From Candidatus Nanopusillus acidilobi (lineage in GTDB: Archaea; Nanobdellota; Nanobdellia; Nanobdellales; Nanobdellaceae): a DNA stretch of 32,000 bases. The DNA lies in assembly GCA_001552015.1 (NCBI GenBank), contig CP010514.1:90001-122000 (forward strand), in the 5' to 3' direction. The position numbers were made by a program, and so were the translations under genes. The notes beneath the pieces were generated by a model. That model had not been told where the DNA came from and did no database searches. It saw nothing but the letters and a program-made list of their open reading frames with translations. The number at the start of each line of letters is the position of its first letter. Positions within the stretch are counted from its first letter, which is position 1. This document shows positions 28,166 through 32,000 of this stretch, piece by piece.

Positions 28166-28238
28166 GGGCCCGTAGCTTAGTTGGTAAAGCGTCGGGCTCT
28201 TAACCCGAAGATCGGGGGTTCGAATCCCCCCGGGCCCG
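28166..28238 (+). tRNA. tRNA-Lys (anticodon CTT)
   Basis: GGGCCCG acceptor pairing CGGGCCC. D-arm GCTTAGTTGGTAAAGC, anticodon arm TCGGG-CTCTTAA-CCCGA (CTT), T-arm GGGGG-TTCGAAT-CCCCC. No intron and no encoded CCA. Confidence 0.97.
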
Positions 28239-28311
28239 GGTTCGATTATCATGAATGGTTAAGGTTATTAACAATCATAGTTTTATATTGGACAATGTTT
28301 TCTAATATCTT

Positions 28312-31300
28312 ATGGATATAAAGAAAATATCATATTTTACCATAGTAAGCTTTCTATTGTTGATTTCTACGTTTAATATATATTCACAAGTCGGAGCAAA
28401 TGTTGTTGGAAGTAATAGTGCTCAAACAAATAGTATAGCATTACCTCAAGGAAATATATATTATTGTATTGCTGCATCAGATTCTGATGTATATCCTATA
28501 TTGATATCAAATACTCAAAATATTCCAACTCCTTCTCCATTCCAGCAAGATATAGCAGTATGTAATGGAAGTATAAATATTGGTAATAATTTTGCATATA
28601 TAAATAATGTAACATTATTTAATCAAATAGATTCAAATGGACAGAATGTATATTTTGTAAATAGTTCTGGAAATATTTTATATTCATGGTATGAAGGTCA
28701 ATTAAATTATAATGGAGTTACTTGTGATGTTTGGTGGATAAATATACCTCAAGGAATTCCAGCAAATTCAGGTGTAACTATTTATATGTATATAGGATCC
28801 AATAGTTCTAATTATTACCAACAATATTATCCATATGTTGGTGCACCTATACAAGTTTTAGGTACTTCTCAATATGATAATGGACAAAAAGTATTTAATT
28901 ATTATCAAAACTTTGGAAATTTGGGTTCCTTACCTTCACCATGGACTTATGTATATAATAATCAAAATAGTGCTTCTTTTTCTACAAATTATACAATTAT
29001 TCCATCTCCTTCTTCTGGTTATAACGAAGGTATTACTACTACAAATAATTATAATTTACAAAATAATATATTAGAAATTTATACTTCTGTTCCAACTACT
29101 AGCGGTACGAGTTGGGATTATACAGATTTAGGAGTAGGTGATGCAAATAATAGAAATACATATTTTGTTGGTGGCGGAGGTGGGCTTATAGCTGGTGGTA
29201 ATAGTAATGGTGCTGCATTTTCATATAGTAATATAGGAACCGCTGGTGAGTTTAAATTATTTGTAGGAACTTCTAATGTAGGAAGTACACCATATAGTTA
29301 TGTTCCAACAATATATGAAATTGGATTTTCTAGTAGTTATACTTATTTCTTAGTAAATTATACTCAAATATTAAGTACTACAACAATACCTGGTTCATTT
29401 AGTTTACCAATAACAATAGGGCAACAAAACTCAGGTAATAATATATACTTATATTGGGTTTTATTAAGATCATTGCCACCAAATGATGTAATGCCTTCAA
29501 TTTCTTTATTATCTAATACAATAACTCCAAACTTTAATGTATTAGTAGAAAATTCAAATTCTATAATAGGAGAATCAAATAATAATATATGCTCCTTTAA
29601 TTCACAAAATTTATATAATGTAATAGGAGGTATTTCAATAGATAATTATTCTACTCCAGTAATTTTATATAATTCAACATATACATATACAACAACAACT
29701 ACTCAGACAATATCATTTAATGTACAAAAGCAAAATGAAACAGTATTAATTTTATTATCATTATCGGGCAATGGGATAAATGGTGGATATATGAGTAGTG
29801 TAGCATTACCTACTGGATGTTCTCAATTATTCTTAACTTCTTCAGGAAATTCTGCTAGTGTATATGCTGCAGAATGTAGGGATTTATCTCCAGGTAGTTA
29901 TAGTGTTTCATATACTATTAATTCAAATCAAGGATCTTATGTTTCTATATTGGTATTAGGATTTCCAGTATTTACTTTTGATATTACAGGACCAAATAGT
30001 ATAGCTGTTTATACAAATTATAGTAATTCTACAACAATATATGTAAATCAATTAACAGGAAATACTGCTTTGCCAGTTACTCTTTCTTGTTCAACAAGTA
30101 ATTCAAATCTACAATGTTCATTATCTAATACCACTGTTACTCCAAATGCATCAGTAACTTTAACCGTTACTGCATCATCATCATCAATTACCCCAGGAAC
30201 ATATTCAGTAACAATTTCAGGTACAGCGCAAAATGGAGTTACGAATTCTACTACTATAACAGTTAATGTACAACAATTATATAATAACCCACAAATATAT
30301 ATTATATCCCCATCTAATAATTCAGTATCAAATTATTATCAACTAAATATATCATTCTATACAAATTATCCAAATGTAAATGTAACAATAAATGGACAAA
30401 CATATAATATAAATGTAACACCAGGTAATAATATTATTCAATTAAATTATGAAAATTCATCATATAATTTACCAGGATTATATAATATTATACCAAATGG
30501 AGGAAATATTACAATAGAATTATCAACATCGAATCCTGAGGGAATAACAAATTCAACAGGAATATATGTTTATACATTACCTTCACCAATATTTAATGTA
30601 TCATATACATATCCTACACCATCAAATGGTACACAAGAAAATATATGGTTATTAGAAGTTAGTGCAAATGTATATGATAATACTTTAGGTCAAGATTATT
30701 GTCAAATACAATTATTAAATCAAACAAGTAATCAATGGGTAACAATAATTAATTCATGTTCAGATATATTATATAATGGAATATTACAAGAATATGCAAA
30801 ATTAAATAGTAATGGATATTATTCAATATGGTATAAAGTATATGCATATAATAATTATGGATTAAATCAATATACAAATCCCCAGGTAATATATATATCA
30901 CAAAATGCATATAATGTATCAGTAATAAATCCAACATTAAGTAATACACAAATACAAGGAATAATAGATTCAGCAATTAATAGTTCTATACCTGTAGTAG
31001 TATTCTCTCCAGGAGTATATTTAGTAAACTTAATAATAAACCCACAAGGTCAAAATATAACATTATTAGGACAAAATACAATATTTGAACCTGCAAATCC
31101 AGGATTACCTGTTATAGATGTATTATCATCAAATGTAACAATACAGAATATAAATATTAATACAAATCTATTTGCAATAAATGTAGAAAATGGAACTATT
31201 AATTTAATAAATGATAATATAAATTCAGGATTGTTTGGAATAGATGTAAAGAATCCATCAGTAGTAAATGTATATAATTCTACAATAAATGGAAATATAG

Positions 31301-32000
31301 GAGGAATATATGGTTATATACAAAATTCAACAATAGAAAATACAAATATTCAATCATCAGTATGGGGAATATATGATGACAATCCATATAATGTAATAAT
31401 AAATAATTCAAATATAAATGGACAAATATTTGGAATAGATTTTGATGGAAATGCAGTAAATAATGTAATAGAAAATAGTAATGTAATATCTAACATATTT
31501 GGAATAAAGATAAATAATGGAAATAATAATAATATAATAAATAACAATATAGAATCAAATATATTTGGAATATATTTAACATCTTCAGGAAATAATATAG
31601 AAAATGATTATATAAAAGTAGGACAGGTATTTGGATTATATGAAACTGCTTATAATAATATAATAAATGTAACAACAAATGGAGGATTATTTGGATATTA
31701 TTTAACAGGTAATGCAACAAACATATCATTATATAATTCACAATTAGGTATTGAAATATATGGAAGTGGATATATAGATAATTTAACAACATCTACAGGA
31801 AGTGTAAATGTATATTATAATAATTCACAAGGATTCATAAATAGTTTAAGTAGTGTAATATCTAGTACGAATGTAAATAACACATTATATAATTATTATG
31901 AAGGAATATCAATAATAGGAAATATAAATGGAAATATTACATTTATTAATCTATTATCTGCTACTAGTTATATTGTAGAAAAGATAGTAGGAGGTAATGG
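28312..32000 (+). CDS. Giant secreted surface protein: DUF2341-like domain, Ig-like/adhesion region, C-terminal right-handed beta-helix-like region (truncated at window end)
   Basis: Not in the ORF track (no stop in window). ATG at 28312 (MDIKKISYFTIVSFLLLISTFNIYSQVGANVVGSNS...), frame open to 32000. DUF2341-like SNSSNYYQQYYPYVGAPIQVLGTSQYDNGQKVFNYYQNFGNLGSLPSPW. NosD/pectate-lyase-like Asn-rich repeats from about 30940. Confidence 0.88.
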   Translation, partial: MDIKKISYFTIVSFLLLISTFNIYSQVGANVVGSNSAQTNSIALPQGNIYYCIAASDSDVYPILISNTQNIPTPSPFQQDIAVCNGSINIGNNFAYINNVTLFNQIDSNGQNVYFVNSSGNILYSWYEGQLNYNGVTCDVWWINIPQGIPANSGVTIYMYIGSNSSNYYQQYYPYVGAPIQVLGTSQYDNGQKVFNYYQNFGNLGSLPSPWTYVYNNQNSASFSTNYTIIPSPSSGYNEGITTTNNYNLQNNILEIYTSVPTTSGTSWDYTDLGVGDANNRNTYFVGGGGGLIAGGNSNGAAFSYSNIGTAGEFKLFVGTSNVGSTPYSYVPTIYEIGFSSSYTYFLVNYTQILSTTTIPGSFSLPITIGQQNSGNNIYLYWVLLRSLPPNDVMPSISLLSNTITPNFNVLVENSNSIIGESNNNICSFNSQNLYNVIGGISIDNYSTPVILYNSTYTYTTTTTQTISFNVQKQNETVLILLSLSGNGINGGYMSSVALPTGCSQLFLTSSGNSASVYAAECRDLSPGSYSVSYTINSNQGSYVSILVLGFPVFTFDITGPNSIAVYTNYSNSTTIYVNQLTGNTALPVTLSCSTSNSNLQCSLSNTTVTPNASVTLTVTASSSSITPGTYSVTISGTAQNGVTNSTTITVNVQQLYNNPQIYIISPSNNSVSNYYQLNISFYTNYPNVNVTINGQTYNINVTPGNNIIQLNYENSSYNLPGLYNIIPNGGNITIELSTSNPEGITNSTGIYVYTLPSPIFNVSYTYPTPSNGTQENIWLLEVSANVYDNTLGQDYCQIQLLNQTSNQWVTIINSCSDILYNGILQEYAKLNSNGYYSIWYKVYAYNNYGLNQYTNPQVIYISQNAYNVSVINPTLSNTQIQGIIDSAINSSIPVVVFSPGVYLVNLIINPQGQNITLLGQNTIFEPANPGLPVIDVLSSNVTIQNININTNLFAINVENGTINLINDNINSGLFGIDVKNPSVVNVYNSTINGNIGGIYGYIQNSTIENTNIQSSVWGIYDDNPYNVIINNSNINGQIFGIDFDGNAVNNVIENSNVISNIFGIKINNGNNNNIINNNIESNIFGIYLTSSGNNIENDYIKVGQVFGLYETAYNNIINVTTNGGLFGYYLTGNATNISLYNSQLGIEIYGSGYIDNLTTSTGSVNVYYNNSQGFINSLSSVISSTNVNNTLYNYYEGISIIGNINGNITFINLLSATSYIVEKIVGGN

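Noticed and set aside
28231-28245. Repeat of GGTTCGA just downstream of tRNA-Lys as a possible attachment-site duplication
   Set aside because: Only about 7-8 nt is shared with the T-arm and no integrase or element boundary is adjacent. Too short to support integration.
27886-28252. ORFs 27886..28101 and 28064..28252 (minus strand)
   Set aside because: The first is antisense to the PPIase and the second overlaps tRNA-Lys. The GPGGIRTPDLRVKSPTLYQLSYGP string is the familiar false ORF from a tRNA complement.
28874-31792. ORFs 28874..29074 (+), 30749..30976, 31350..31547 and 31490..31792 (-)
   Set aside because: All lie inside the continuous giant surface protein frame. Their translations are low complexity.
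30940-32000. Asn/Ile-rich periodic sequence considered as DNA tandem repeats or CRISPR
   Set aside because: The periodicity is at protein level (beta-helix-like coils) and degenerate in DNA. There are no identical repeats with unique spacers anywhere in the window that I could find.

Overview
AT-rich, very compact archaeal window (probably a small-genome, DPANN-like lineage; this placement is inference). Left third (1-7960, minus strand): a tightly overlapping operon encoding a pilin-like protein, a FlaJ/TadC-type double T2SF membrane platform, four small single-TM pilin-like proteins, a membrane-anchored papain-family (C1) cysteine protease with all catalytic motifs present, and two large Cys-rich surface proteins. 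The protease embedded in a pilus/secretion-like operon is the best candidate for an undescribed system. Middle: DUF371 and ATP-grasp genes, then rpoH-rpoB''-rpoB'-rpoA'-rpoA''-rpl30e-rps12-[unknown membrane protein]-rps7, pdaD and cydAB-like genes. Right: xerA-like recombinase, an intergenic non-coding locus (H/ACA-like hairpin followed by C/D-box motifs), a nucleotidyltransferase, rpl10-rpl1-[50-aa membrane smORF missing from the ORF track]-rpl11, secE-spt5, ftsZ, FKBP-type PPIase, tRNA-Lys(CTT), and a giant DUF2341/beta-helix-like surface protein truncated by the window end. Most transcription units look leaderless, with TATA-like boxes about 25 nt upstream of the start codon. Two divergent gene pairs may share palindromic TATA elements.
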